Positions 1 to 9,995 are shown, numbered from the stretch's first letter. The stretch is DNA of 64,000 nucleotides from an uncultured virus (IMG/VR IMGVR_UViG_3300049020_000051) (IMGVR_UViG_3300049020_000051), one strand, 5' to 3'. Translations and numbers: made by a program. The notes: generated by a model from the letters alone, not told the origin.

Positions 1-10
1 ACGACGGTGG

Positions 11-2326
11 TCATAGCACCCCCAGGAAGTTGTAGCGGTAGCCGCTGTCATCGGACTTGTCGAGCAAGGCGCCCGAGATTTCGAGGTGGCCGTCAGGCCG
101 GTTGTGGTACGCCTGGTGCGACGCACCCATGGTGCTGAAACGCGTGCTCATCGTCTGCACGTGCCCGAAGTCGGGGTCGGGGGAACGGACCACCCACGGA
201 TCGTCCTCGTCGTTCTGGTCCGGCAGCGTCAGCGTCGTCGCGCCACCGCACGAGATGTATAGCCGAGCCTTGACGAGCATTTTCTCGGGGTCGATCTTCA
301 CTGGGCTCGAACCGGCGATCGGCGTGGATGGTCCGATCGTGTTCGGCGCGACCTCGCACTCCTTGAGCCACTCCCCACGGTCGACGAGCGGACGACAGGC
401 GTTCAGTGAGTAGGTGACGCTGTTGCCGTTCGAGTCGGTGTAGCTGTGCGACGTCATCACATCATCGACCGGCACCTTCTCGCGCGCCCTGCGGATGTAC
501 TGACTCCAGCAAGCCCCTTTGATTTCGTCGCCGCGGAAGAACCACGAGAACGTGTTGTACGCGTAGGGGTCCATCACCTGGACGTACTCCATGCTCTGGT
601 GAGTGATCGTGGTCGGCTTGTTCTCGATCTCGGCCAGCGCGTAACCGTCGCGGAGTCCTTCTGCTGTGACAACGGCCGTGCGGGTGTACGCGCCGATCTG
701 ATTCTGGTAGTCGTGTCGGACCCTGAAGATGTGGTTGCGCCATTGCGAGTACCACTGCGGCGGATACAGGCGATTCGGGATCAACGAGAAGAAGTTCTGT
801 AGGAACAGGAACGAGCCCTGCTTGAGCGTGCGGGTCCGCGAGCGCGGGTACCAGCTTCGCGAGTTGATCGCCTCGCTGTAGAACGTCGGGATCGCCGGGA
901 AATAGGTGGTGTCGATTGTCTGCACCGTGCCGTTGAAGCGGCATGGGCCATCGTTCGTCTCGACCTCACGCGCCTTGGGCTCGCTGAACCAGTGGTACCG
1001 CACGGTGTGCAGCTGGTCTCCTAGGTAGGCGACGAACATCGGCGCGTCGAACTCCGAGACGGCCGATCCGCCGTCTGCTTCGTCCGGCTCTCCTGGGGAG
1101 ATGTCGACGGATGATTCCGAGCCCCGGGTGAAGCCCACCGAAATGATGCCACCCGAGAGCGGCTCGTACACCTTGTATGGCGGCGGGTTGCGGCCGGACG
1201 GGTGGTAGAACCGAGCGGTCTCCTTGCGGTAGATACGGCCTGTCGCGTTGGCGATCGGCTCGTCCTGTTGTCGGTTCTCCTTGATCGCCCCGATGTGCAT
1301 CTCCAGGCGGTACACGCGGCTACGGCGCATGCCGTCCGAGCCGAAGTACCAGGCGACGTTGTAGGCCTCGCTGCCGCGCGTGTTCGTCGTCCAGCCGTGC
1401 ATCGTGCTGAAGCAGTGGAGCCGGTGAAACTCCTGCAGCGCCTCGCGCGAGAGCAGCTGCACGATGTTCCCGGCAGTCAGGGCGTCGGCGAGGTTCTTAC
1501 CTGTTGGGAAGGCCTCCCCGGTAGGCAGGCCGTCGAACTCTTCGGCCGCCGCGGCGATGTCGGTGCGGTCACTGTCCTTCAACCCCTGGCTCTCCTCATA
1601 GATCGGCAGCGGCATGGCGATGACGCCATTCGTCATGCTGATCTCGACGAGCCAGAGCACGCCATCGTCGGCGGTGTGAAGGATGTGCGTGCGGTGCCAG
1701 CGGTAGTCGTAGCGCACCTTGACCTCGGCCTCGTCGTTGCTCTCGTCCGTCCCTTGGTCGGTTTCGGGCGCACCGGATGGCGCGACCTTGCCGTAGCCCA
1801 GCAGCACCTGCACCAGCTTGCGCATGCGGCCGGAATACATGGACGGCACGATGTGCTGGAACTGCGAGGTGTCGGGCGTCGCGCCGTCGACGACTTCGGA
1901 CGACGCTGACACGGCCAAGCGCTCGGAGCTCTGCCAGGTCTGGGCCAGGTCGTAGAACTCGGCGGTTGAGGCAGCCGGCTTGTATTCCTTCAACACCTCG
2001 CGGACGACGTCCTCCCCGTTGATCACGGCCGTCTCTTGCTCGATTCGGGCGTCGAGCGTGGCGCCGCTCAGGAAGTCAGGCGGCAGGCGCGGCTTGCGCG
2101 GCGGGGGGTTCGAGACATCGGTCTCCGCATGGATGAAGATGACCTCCATGTCGTCGATCTTGAGCGTGTAGGCGTACGCACCCGCCGCCAGAAATAGCGA
2201 AAGGCCGGTCACGCCGGCCCCCGAGGTCGATGCTTGCACCCGCGTTTTGTGCAGCAGGTTCTGTGCTGCTGGCAAGTGCGTGTGCGCGGCGGCCTCGTCG
2301 CCCGAGTAGACGATGCGCACCGCCAT
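11..2326 (-). CDS. Putative virion/tail structural protein (~770 aa)
   Basis: Long ORF in the late operon; likely start MAVRIVYSG at 2326, just after the stop of the upstream gene. Confidence 0.6.
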   Translation of the reverse strand: MAVRIVYSGDEAAAHTHLPAAQNLLHKTRVQASTSGAGVTGLSLFLAAGAYAYTLKIDDMEVIFIHAETDVSNPPPRKPRLPPDFLSGATLDARIEQETAVINGEDVVREVLKEYKPAASTAEFYDLAQTWQSSERLAVSASSEVVDGATPDTSQFQHIVPSMYSGRMRKLVQVLLGYGKVAPSGAPETDQGTDESNDEAEVKVRYDYRWHRTHILHTADDGVLWLVEISMTNGVIAMPLPIYEESQGLKDSDRTDIAAAAEEFDGLPTGEAFPTGKNLADALTAGNIVQLLSREALQEFHRLHCFSTMHGWTTNTRGSEAYNVAWYFGSDGMRRSRVYRLEMHIGAIKENRQQDEPIANATGRIYRKETARFYHPSGRNPPPYKVYEPLSGGIISVGFTRGSESSVDISPGEPDEADGGSAVSEFDAPMFVAYLGDQLHTVRYHWFSEPKAREVETNDGPCRFNGTVQTIDTTYFPAIPTFYSEAINSRSWYPRSRTRTLKQGSFLFLQNFFSLIPNRLYPPQWYSQWRNHIFRVRHDYQNQIGAYTRTAVVTAEGLRDGYALAEIENKPTTITHQSMEYVQVMDPYAYNTFSWFFRGDEIKGACWSQYIRRAREKVPVDDVMTSHSYTDSNGNSVTYSLNACRPLVDRGEWLKECEVAPNTIGPSTPIAGSSPVKIDPEKMLVKARLYISCGGATTLTLPDQNDEDDPWVVRSPDPDFGHVQTMSTRFSTMGASHQAYHNRPDGHLEISGALLDKSDDSGYRYNFLGVL

Positions 2327-2330
2327 GGAA

Positions 2331-2933
2331 TCAGCTCGACGTGAGCACGATGCGATAGCCGCAGTTGAAGATGTCGCCGGCACTCAGGATGCGCGTGGTC
2401 CCGAAGCGGGTGGCCGACGGCAGGAAGCCGCCAGTGTCGCCCTTCGCGACCGCGCTGCTGAGTGCAGCGCCGTACACGTTCAGCTGGCTTGCCGTCGCGA
2501 TCGTGAACGCAGCCTTGGCGGCGTTGTTGTTGATCTCGTTGGCAGCCGCGGTACCGGCGGTGAACGCCTGGCGCGTGCCTTCGGTGTAGCCCTCGACGCT
2601 GCTGACGATCTCCGAGGCTGTGGCGGGGTAACTGGCCGCGGTCCAGTTGGCGGCCGGCGTCACGTTGCCGCCGAACAGCGAGAGATACCAGGCCGAGATC
2701 TTGGCCGTCGCGCCGAACTCCACGCCCAGCATGTGCGTCAGGCCCTGGTCGGTCACGATGTTCGGGTCGGACTGCTCGTCCTCGCCATTCACGTCGTGCA
2801 CGTAGAGGCCGCGAGCCTCGACTTTCGCGTCAGGGAAGTAGATGCCGCCCTCGGTGCGCTCGTACTTCTTGCCGCGCAGAGCTCGCAGGAACTCGTTTGC
2901 ATGGCGGGCCATGTCTTTCGGGATCAGTCGCAT
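2331..2933 (-). CDS. Virion structural protein (200 aa, beta-rich fibre/tail subunit-like)
   Basis: GGAG upstream of MRLIPKD; WYLSLF...ATASEI...GY...R pattern resembles small phage fibre subunits. Confidence 0.6.
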   Translation of the reverse strand: MRLIPKDMARHANEFLRALRGKKYERTEGGIYFPDAKVEARGLYVHDVNGEDEQSDPNIVTDQGLTHMLGVEFGATAKISAWYLSLFGGNVTPAANWTAASYPATASEIVSSVEGYTEGTRQAFTAGTAAANEINNNAAKAAFTIATASQLNVYGAALSSAVAKGDTGGFLPSATRFGTTRILSAGDIFNCGYRIVLTSS

Positions 2934-2944
2934 GATCGAACTCC

Positions 2945-2959
2945 GATCTAAGTTAGATT
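2945..2959. promoter_or_regulatory. 15-bp palindromic operator-like site GATCTAAGTTAGATT
   Basis: One mismatch to GATCTAA-N-TTAGATC, at a gene junction. Confidence 0.7.
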
Positions 2960-4203
2960 TCAGGATCAACGGCTAGGCCCAGCCCGGCAGTCGCAGACGA
3001 TTCTACGATAGAGAGGCTCTGCTTGATGCCCTGGCGGACCGTCGCTACGGCCAGGCCAGAGGAGCTGGCTGGCAGCGCGATCCGGTCGGCCTGCATGTCC
3101 AAAACCGAGCCGTCCGGCATGCCCACGACATACCCTGCCCGGCCCAACCACACGGCGACCGGCGCACCGGCCTTCTTGGCCAGGTCTGGCTCCAGGTGCG
3201 TTGCCGGCATGGTGGTGCTGGCCCAGGGCACGACGGGGGTGACGCTCACGAGCGCCTGGCTGAAGTCGGACGGCCCGCCACCGGCCAGGAAGTAGACCTG
3301 ACCGGTGGCGATGCCCACGAACAGGCCGTGGCGGACCGGCTCGACCATGACAACGTCGGCATCGAATTGCACGAAGTCGGTCCGCGGGTCGGTCAGCGCG
3401 TAGCGGAACGGGCGCGAGAAGGTGAGGGTCCGGCCTCGGGCGACCACGATGCGCCCGTTGTGGGCCCGCACGGTGGCGCCGGCGGGCATCGGCCGCAGGA
3501 ACTGGTTGTCGGCCGCCTTGCCGGGCTGGTAGCTGCCCAGGATGACGCTGCCGGCACCGGCTGCAAGCTCAGCCGCCTGGTACAGCACATCGCCGTTGAG
3601 CGGGGTCAGGTAGACCCGCAGGCCCAAACCGGCGACAGGCTGTGTGCCCAGCGCCAGGCCGCCTGCTGCAGGCAGTTCGATGTCCGTCATTTCGGACAGG
3701 CCCGACTCCTCGCCGCTCTGGGCGACGTAGCTCACCGCGGCGCTGTAGCGGCCGGCCGGCAGCACGCCGACGGCTGTCCGTGCCAGGGCTGGGGCAGGTG
3801 GCACTGGCAGGCCGAGCAGCATCGCGGTCGTGCGGGTGATCGACCCCAGCTGGTGGCCGTTCGTGAAGAACACCGCGCCGCCATGCTCGAAGTAGCTCAT
3901 CCGCTCGCTACGGGTCAGCCCCTGCAGCACGATGGCCGAGAGCGGTTCGCCGTCCTGCACAATGACCCGCCGCAGTTTGTCGTCCTGCGCAACGAGGCCG
4001 AAGGAGCCATCGGCCGAACCCCAAAGACTGTGCGTGCCGGGCAGACTCAGCGCAGGCGCAAAGCCCGCACGTGAGCGGACGCCGCCGGCCACATCGAAGT
4101 CGACATTGACGCCATCGCGTACCGCTCCTCGCGGCAGCGAGGTGATGTCCGAGAGCATGTCGATGCCGCGAACGAAGTTGCCGATGTTGGTTGGTTTCAG
4201 CAT
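2953..4203 (-). CDS. Putative tail protein (beta-propeller/stabilisation-like)
   Basis: 416-aa ORF, AGGAG 7 nt before ATG 4203, late operon. Confidence 0.55.
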   Translation of the reverse strand: MLKPTNIGNFVRGIDMLSDITSLPRGAVRDGVNVDFDVAGGVRSRAGFAPALSLPGTHSLWGSADGSFGLVAQDDKLRRVIVQDGEPLSAIVLQGLTRSERMSYFEHGGAVFFTNGHQLGSITRTTAMLLGLPVPPAPALARTAVGVLPAGRYSAAVSYVAQSGEESGLSEMTDIELPAAGGLALGTQPVAGLGLRVYLTPLNGDVLYQAAELAAGAGSVILGSYQPGKAADNQFLRPMPAGATVRAHNGRIVVARGRTLTFSRPFRYALTDPRTDFVQFDADVVMVEPVRHGLFVGIATGQVYFLAGGGPSDFSQALVSVTPVVPWASTTMPATHLEPDLAKKAGAPVAVWLGRAGYVVGMPDGSVLDMQADRIALPASSSGLAVATVRQGIKQSLSIVESSATAGLGLAVDPEI

Positions 4204-5885
4204 GCGCATGCTCCTACTCTTGCGCGCCCGAAGACGCTGGTGTCGCCGAGGCCTGCGTAGGCCCCGTTCTGGGTGAGGAAGGCCGTGGGCAGGCCGTACT
4301 GGGTGGCGTCGAACCCGGCGGCCTGGATGGTCGATCGCGTGTAGACGAACCCCTCGGCAGCAGCGTAGAACGGCGGCGGGGCAATGCCAGCAGGCTTCAG
4401 CTCGCGAACGCGGAACCAGACCGTCTGGGCGCCGACGATAGCCATGCTCGAGCCCACCGCTGCAACGGTTCGCGGCGAGTGGCTGACCCAGGTCTGCTCC
4501 GGCATGCGCGCGGAGTAGTGTCCGGCTGGCTCGATGGTCCGGTTGAACAGCTCGACGCGCGGAGCACCCCAGCCGTTAGGCGGGATGCTCGGCGGTTCGA
4601 TGATCGGTCGGAAGCCGGTGACCACTGGCGTGCCATAGGCAGCCGTGTCGTAGTTCCCCTCGATGGTTTCGAACTCGGTGTCTCGCCCCCAGTACGGGGC
4701 GATGGTGAGGTTGCCGCCGATCACGACGATGGTGGTCTGGTCGGTCATCGAGTCCCACCCGTGGGCGGCGATGTTCTGGATGAAGTGCACGACGCGCGGC
4801 GAAGGCACCTGGGTCGGTTCGGTGGGGGCCGTCGGGTCATACCCGTGCGCGAAGATCGTACGCAGGCTCAGGGTCACTGTCGCGAACGCGCTCGGCGTCG
4901 ATGTCGAGGGGAACCGATAGATCGGGTTCAGCTCGTCGCCGTATTGGTTCTCTGAGATGCGCAGTGTGTACGGCGAGATGAAAGGCACCCCCACCTGCGC
5001 CTCACTCTCCAGGCCGGGCGGCGCCAAGAACTGAGAACCGGACACGTTGGCCATGCCGAAGCGCGACGCATCGTCGAGCATGAACGACTCGGGCCGGATG
5101 GCGTTGTCGCGCAGCGTTGGTTCACCGAAGAAGCCAGCGTCGAAGCCGGCAGGCCGCAGGCGCGGCGGCAGTAGTACCGGGAGACCGAAAGCAGAGACGT
5201 CGAAGCCGGAAGGCCGGAGGGTCCGTTCCGCCGGGGGCGGCGTTGGCGGGTCGGGGTCGGTCACCGCGTGCAGGCCCAGCTTCATGCTGTGCCAGCCATA
5301 CACGCTGATCGAGCGGTTCCGGTGAGAGGCGTCGTGACCGCCGAAGCTCGTGAACAACGAGCCAGCGGCCAGCACGTCACGCACGCGGAACCAGACCGTG
5401 GGGCGCCCGTAGTCACCCGTGCCCGCCGTCGCGCCGCTGATCACTCGCGCGCCGTTGCGCACGTCGGTCGCACCGGTGATGAACGAGTCGAGCCCCGCCG
5501 GCTGCAGTGCACGGTTCTGCAGCTGCACCCCCGGCGTGCCGGCGAGCGACGAGCTGAAGCCCGGCGGCGTGATCTGCTGGTTCAGGTTGAGCAGCGACGG
5601 CGTACCCAACGCGAGCTGCGTGAAACCGGAGGCGAGCAGGAATCGCTGGTTCAGGACCGCGGTAGGCGTACCGAACGCCAACGAGTCGAAGCCCGACGGC
5701 GCGGGTTGCAGCTGTACCGTGACTGCACCCATGCCGCCGGCATCAAAGCCGGCGGGGTAGACGAAGGTCGTCGTGCCGCTCGCCGAGTCGGCGAACACCA
5801 GGTTCGCGGCGTCACCTGCCGGCGGCGTATAGGCGCCGCTGAAGATCAGATCTGCGGCATCGCCGGCCGGCGGGGTGTATGGCAC
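4197..5885 (-). CDS. Repeat-containing virion protein (~22-aa P-x-G-F-D-x3-F-G-x-P repeats)
   Basis: Many 22-residue repeats visible; N-terminal tandem YTPPAGDAA-x-L-x-F. Confidence 0.65.
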   Translation of the reverse strand: MPYTPPAGDAADLIFSGAYTPPAGDAANLVFADSASGTTTFVYPAGFDAGGMGAVTVQLQPAPSGFDSLAFGTPTAVLNQRFLLASGFTQLALGTPSLLNLNQQITPPGFSSSLAGTPGVQLQNRALQPAGLDSFITGATDVRNGARVISGATAGTGDYGRPTVWFRVRDVLAAGSLFTSFGGHDASHRNRSISVYGWHSMKLGLHAVTDPDPPTPPPAERTLRPSGFDVSAFGLPVLLPPRLRPAGFDAGFFGEPTLRDNAIRPESFMLDDASRFGMANVSGSQFLAPPGLESEAQVGVPFISPYTLRISENQYGDELNPIYRFPSTSTPSAFATVTLSLRTIFAHGYDPTAPTEPTQVPSPRVVHFIQNIAAHGWDSMTDQTTIVVIGGNLTIAPYWGRDTEFETIEGNYDTAAYGTPVVTGFRPIIEPPSIPPNGWGAPRVELFNRTIEPAGHYSARMPEQTWVSHSPRTVAAVGSSMAIVGAQTVWFRVRELKPAGIAPPPFYAAAEGFVYTRSTIQAAGFDATQYGLPTAFLTQNGAYAGLGDTSVFGRARVGACAC

Positions 5886-5892
5886 GGTCGCC

Positions 5893-6975
5893 TCAGCTGT
5901 TCATGAACGGCCCCGAAGGCGGCGTGAAACCAGCGGTGTAGCGCGCCAGGCCCTTCGTGATGCGGAGGTTGTCCATCTTGCCGGCGTAAGCCTCATCGGT
6001 CGATTGGTTGGACCCGATGAAGGCCGTCGTTTCGGTCAGATTGTTGCCCGCGCTGGTGAACGTAGCGCTCTTGTCCAGTACGCCGCCGACGAACAGGCGC
6101 CACACGCCCGCTTCGCGCGTGACAGCGACGTGCGTATAGGCTCCGCTTGTCGGTAGCGTCAGGTCGCCCTGCAGCACGTCCACATAGGCCGAGCCGGTGT
6201 GGACCGAACAGTTGACGCACGGCGGGTTCGTGGTGTTGCGCCGGTTGATGTAGAGAGCCCCGGCGACGGCGTTGGCGCCGATCTGGATGTAGCGCGCCCA
6301 GGTCTGCGATGAGGTGGTCGGCGCGAGGGAGAGCTCGACGGTGAAGTCGCCCGTACCCAGCGCCAGGTCTGCGTGGCTGCCGCTCACGCGGTCGCCCGTC
6401 CCTTCGAAGATCCCGGCGGCCGTACCGAACTGCGGCCCAGTCGTCGTGAGCTGCGCGCCGTTGACCGCCGACATGGTGATCGCGCGCGAAGATGAATCCA
6501 CGAACGTCGTCGACCCGTTCGTGCCGTCCATGCTCAGCTGCATCACGACCAGCGCGAAGGCTGGGTCACCCACCGTCGGGGCACCGATCTTCACCGCGTT
6601 TAAGAGCTGCGGCTGCACCGAGCGCGTCACGATGACTGGCTTCGGCGTCATCCGGTCCAGGGCCGCGATGTTGTACTGCGTGCCACCGTCAGGGTCGAGG
6701 GTGATCAGCGTGTAGTTCGCCACATCGGCGCTGTCGAGGTGCTTGAACGTGTAGATGCCGCTCGCGTCGGCGAATACCTGCGTGATGAGCTGGCCGGTCG
6801 GCCGGTAGTAGAGCCGCACCAGTGCACGGCTCACGACGCCGACGCTCTCCTCAGTGACCGAGCCAGTGAGCACGCCGTCGTTCAACGCGATGACGGCCGG
6901 CGTCACGTAGAACTTGACGGGGACTACATGGTTCCGTTGACCGGCGGCCCGCGCGATTGCGCCGAGGTCAGCCAT
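5893..6975 (-). CDS. Tail fibre/receptor-binding protein with C-terminal LamG/ConA-like domain
   Basis: Start MADLGAI overlapping upstream stop; GTGDFTVE...YTHVAVTR...GKMDNLRITKGLARY motif typical of phage LamG domains. Confidence 0.7.
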   Translation of the reverse strand: MADLGAIARAAGQRNHVVPVKFYVTPAVIALNDGVLTGSVTEESVGVVSRALVRLYYRPTGQLITQVFADASGIYTFKHLDSADVANYTLITLDPDGGTQYNIAALDRMTPKPVIVTRSVQPQLLNAVKIGAPTVGDPAFALVVMQLSMDGTNGSTTFVDSSSRAITMSAVNGAQLTTTGPQFGTAAGIFEGTGDRVSGSHADLALGTGDFTVELSLAPTTSSQTWARYIQIGANAVAGALYINRRNTTNPPCVNCSVHTGSAYVDVLQGDLTLPTSGAYTHVAVTREAGVWRLFVGGVLDKSATFTSAGNNLTETTAFIGSNQSTDEAYAGKMDNLRITKGLARYTAGFTPPSGPFMNS

Positions 6976-7892
6976 CAGGTGCTCCAGGTGTCGGAGGTCT
7001 CGAACACGAAGGCGCCGGAGGCACCGCGGTAGTAGACAAACGACCGGCCTTCCAGGTCGGTGCCGGTCGCGCCGCTGAAAGTGTCCAGGGTGTTGAGCGC
7101 CGACGCGGCATGGTGGCTGCACCAGAGGCCAGGCAGCCGGGCACGGCGCCCGCCTGTCTCGCCGAGGAACAGCTGCGACATCTCGATGCCGCCAGAGATG
7201 GGCGCGGGGTAGGCAAGGTTGCCCGCGCCTAGCACGAGGAGGCCAGCCATACCGGCATGGTCAGCGTACTTGCTGACTGCGATGCTCGTGCCCGTCTCGG
7301 TGTAGGCGCGCATCAAGTAGTGGCCCGCGACGGTCGTGCTGTAGCTGCCGGAGAGCACGCTGAGCTGATTCGTCGACGCCGCAGCAGTGTCACAGCCCAG
7401 CGCAGTACAGAACGCATCACCAGCCTTAAGCGAGCGTGCGTCACCGAAGACGTAGACGTAGGTGCTCGTGCTCCAGGTGCTCGGGGTTGTCCCATTAGCA
7501 CCGACGACCAGGTAGAACAGCTTGCCGTCCGAGTAGAACGCCCACGGTCGCGCAGTGGCGTCGGCGGTGGCCGACTTCATCCAGTACCCGCCGCCGCTGA
7601 CCAGCGCGTCCGTAGGCGTGGGGTTCACTCCGGTGGGGGTGCTGAGGTCGGAGATCGACTCGTAGGCCCTCACCCGGGCGTAGTTCGCAGCGCCGCTGCC
7701 GGCGTCGCTAACACGGAGCGAGAAGCCGTTCGAGCCGGCCGGCTGGGTGTATGCCGTGACGTTGCCCGCGGTGGCCTTCGTCCACCCGAGTACCGTCTCC
7801 AGGCAGTAAGCCAGGACCGTGTTCAACGACCCCGCGACGCCGGTCAGGCTGGGCGCGCCCGGCGACTGATTCGACAGCGCGGTGATCGTCAT
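6975..7892 (-). CDS. Tail fibre-associated structural protein (305 aa)
   Basis: PGAPSLTGVAGSL...GWTK N-terminus typical of phage tail proteins. Confidence 0.6.
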   Translation of the reverse strand: MTITALSNQSPGAPSLTGVAGSLNTVLAYCLETVLGWTKATAGNVTAYTQPAGSNGFSLRVSDAGSGAANYARVRAYESISDLSTPTGVNPTPTDALVSGGGYWMKSATADATARPWAFYSDGKLFYLVVGANGTTPSTWSTSTYVYVFGDARSLKAGDAFCTALGCDTAAASTNQLSVLSGSYSTTVAGHYLMRAYTETGTSIAVSKYADHAGMAGLLVLGAGNLAYPAPISGGIEMSQLFLGETGGRRARLPGLWCSHHAASALNTLDTFSGATGTDLEGRSFVYYRGASGAFVFETSDTWST

Positions 7893-7898
7893 GGGGGC

Positions 7899-8309
7899 TT
7901 ACAGGCGGAAGATCTTGTTCACGCCCGTGTCCCACGTGACGATGATGTCGCCGCCGTTCGGGGTGATGGGCAGGCCGGTCGCGGTGTCGATGAGAGCGAT
8001 CAGCGGCGAATCGGCGTTGTTCGTCACGAACTTGAATAGCACGATCGCTTCCAGGGATGCCCCGCTCACCGACGTGAACGTCACGTTGGCCGCAGCTGCT
8101 GCGCCGCCCGCCGTGCTCTTGCCCGTCAGGGTCACCGGCGCGATGCCGGTGTAGGCCGAGGGCGATACGTCGGCGAAGTACTCGTTGGACGCGAGGTTCG
8201 GCGTCCAGGCAGCGAGGTCGACGAGTACCGCCTTGATGGTGTCGGTGTTCCAGTTGATGGAACCTTCGAGGAAGCGCTGGCGCGCCTTGTCAAACAGCGA
8301 GTTGCTCAT
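7899..8309 (-). CDS. Small virion structural protein (136 aa)
   Basis: AAGGA RBS; common phage fibre subunit-like sequence (INWNTDTIK...TGLPITPNGGDI). Confidence 0.65.
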   Translation of the reverse strand: MSNSLFDKARQRFLEGSINWNTDTIKAVLVDLAAWTPNLASNEYFADVSPSAYTGIAPVTLTGKSTAGGAAAAANVTFTSVSGASLEAIVLFKFVTNNADSPLIALIDTATGLPITPNGGDIIVTWDTGVNKIFRL

Positions 8310-8333
8310 GGTCGTCCTTTCGACTGCGGTGTC

Positions 8334-8366
8334 ATTCTATGTTCGATCTACTTTAGACCTTAGATC
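8334..8366 (-). promoter_or_regulatory. Cluster of overlapping palindromic sites with a TAGAAT -10-like hexamer; putative late promoter
   Basis: ATTCTATGTTCGATC / GATCTACTTTAGACC / TTAGATC upstream of the 8309 gene. Confidence 0.55.
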
Positions 8367-8474
8367 AAAAGGCGAACCGCGCTGCCCCCAAGGCTGAAGC
8401 AGCGCGGCTCTTCGGAGGTTGGGAAACGAGGTGATGCGAACCCCGTACAGCGACTCGTACCTCCGCTAACCGAA

Positions 8475-8930
8475 CTACCTGTCGCCGATTCGGCGATCCT
8501 CTATGTCGAGGATCTTGTTCAGTTGGTCGCTGAGCTTGGCGTGCTCGCCGCGACAGATGGCGAGGGCATCCCCGACATCTCGATCAGTGGCAAAGGCACC
8601 GGCCGCACTCGCAGGTTCGCCGGCAGCGGCGGGCACATCTGCTGGGGCGCCGTTGAGCAGGCGCACAGCGCCAGCAGACAGGCACTCGCGACCAGTCGTG
8701 AGGCCGTACACCTTGCGGCGCTTGTCAGCTTGGAGGGCAGCGAGTTTGTCGCGTGTGTTGGCATGTTCGACTCCATCTTCGTCAGCCTTCTTTGCCGCGA
8801 TGCGCGCAGCTTCCTGCAGGTCCTTCAGTTCGAGGGCCTCGCGACCCTGCTGCCACTCGGCGCCGAGCCACAGGCCCAGGACCAGGGCTGCGGCGCTGGC
8901 TCCGGCAGCGATCCCCAGCACGCTAGACAT
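8475..8930 (-). CDS. Rz-like inner-membrane spanin
   Basis: N-terminal TM segment, helical periplasmic part, directly after endolysin. Confidence 0.7.
   Translation of the reverse strand: MSSVLGIAAGASAAALVLGLWLGAEWQQGREALELKDLQEAARIAAKKADEDGVEHANTRDKLAALQADKRRKVYGLTTGRECLSAGAVRLLNGAPADVPAAAGEPASAAGAFATDRDVGDALAICRGEHAKLSDQLNKILDIEDRRIGDR
8519..8764 (-). CDS. Rz1-like outer-membrane lipoprotein spanin embedded in Rz
   Basis: Alternate frame, lipobox-like LLALCAC followed by Pro-rich CPPLPANLRVRPVPLP; start uncertain. Confidence 0.65.
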   Translation of the reverse strand: MPTHATNSLPSKLTSAARCTASRLVASACLLALCACSTAPQQMCPPLPANLRVRPVPLPLIEMSGMPSPSVAASTPSSATN

Positions 8931-9321
8931 AGGTGATCTCCACAGGCTCGCCGCGGGCCTGCGCAGCCTTGATCTTCTGGAAGACGCGGGCGAAAGCGAT
9001 CTGGCTCTTGCCGATGGACTTCGAGAGGCGCACGTCGCCGACGAGCAGGCAGCCTTCTGTGTTGTCGGCCGTGTTCCCTGGGTGGATGCGGATACCTTCG
9101 AACCCGGGGACGTTCTGCACCAGCGGGAGGTCGCGCTTGAAGCGCGGGCTGAAGGTGATCAGCACTTTGTACGTGCCGGCCGGGATAGCGGTCTCCCCGT
9201 GCACCTTGGGGCCGGCTCGCACCGGATCTTCCAGCGTCCAACACTCGAACTGATCGTCGATCAACAGCTGGCCGATGGTGACGTCCACGTCTTTCTGGAC
9301 GCGGTCTACATTGAGTTTCAT
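8923..9321 (-). CDS. Putative endolysin, DUF5675-like
   Basis: TLED...ETAIPAGTY...GIRIHPGNT...TEGCLLVG motif; between holin-like genes and spanins. Confidence 0.75.
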   Translation of the reverse strand: MKLNVDRVQKDVDVTIGQLLIDDQFECWTLEDPVRAGPKVHGETAIPAGTYKVLITFSPRFKRDLPLVQNVPGFEGIRIHPGNTADNTEGCLLVGDVRLSKSIGKSQIAFARVFQKIKAAQARGEPVEITYV

Positions 9322-9632
9322 GGCGAGCTTTCGTTGAGCGGCATTGCGGAGCTGTCAGGTGGGCCGGAGTGCCAACGCCGCACGCCCATCAGGATGTAGC
9401 CGAAGACCGCCGACGCGAAGAGCACGTCGGCAATGCCCGGGTACTCGCCGAACAGTGGCCCCTGGAACGCACAGGCACCGCTCGTCACCATCATGGCCAC
9501 GTACTTCAGGCGATCCAATTTGCGGATGCGCTTCGAGCTTGCGTTGAGCCGGCAGAAGCTGGCCCAGACAACGCTCATACACGCGATGAAGTTCAGGACG
9601 ATCAACAGGTCGTACTTCATATCGGGCCTCAT
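9318..9632 (-). CDS. Holin/antiholin-like membrane protein
   Basis: About 3 hydrophobic segments; ATGA overlaps with both neighbours. Confidence 0.6.
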   Translation of the reverse strand: MRPDMKYDLLIVLNFIACMSVVWASFCRLNASSKRIRKLDRLKYVAMMVTSGACAFQGPLFGEYPGIADVLFASAVFGYILMGVRRWHSGPPDSSAMPLNESSP

Positions 9633-9994
9633 GCAGAGCGGCGGGGCAGTCGCGCGAGGAGCCACAAGCACGTCGCCTTCCAGTCATCGCCGATCAGGCC
9701 GATAGCGAAGGCAACCAGTGCGAAGGACCACTCCACGCCGGGCACGGCGTAGACCTTGTTCAGCATCGCCGCGACGCTGGACGTGAGGACGCAGGCGGTC
9801 AGGTTCACGCGCAGGAAGAACCAGACTGCTGAGAGCTTGCTAGAGGGCTCCCTCCGGCCGAGGCTCCAGGCCGCGCCCGTGCCGGACGCCAGGATGATCA
9901 CTGCGTAGGGGCCGAGGACCGTGCTGAGCGTCGGGCTCAGCGTTGCGGCGAAGAGCGTGATCATCACGCTGACGGGGTCGAGGTTCGTCTGCAT
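9629..9994 (-). CDS. Holin-like membrane protein
   Basis: 121 aa, 3-4 hydrophobic segments, basic C-terminus, first gene of lysis cassette. Confidence 0.6.
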   Translation of the reverse strand: MQTNLDPVSVMITLFAATLSPTLSTVLGPYAVIILASGTGAAWSLGRREPSSKLSAVWFFLRVNLTACVLTSSVAAMLNKVYAVPGVEWSFALVAFAIGLIGDDWKATCLWLLARLPRRSA

Positions 9995-9995
9995 C

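Noticed and set aside
9620..9632. Lambda-like dual-start holin (MRPDMK)
   Set aside because: Two Met codons present but no supporting RBS/hairpin evidence; cannot tell from sequence
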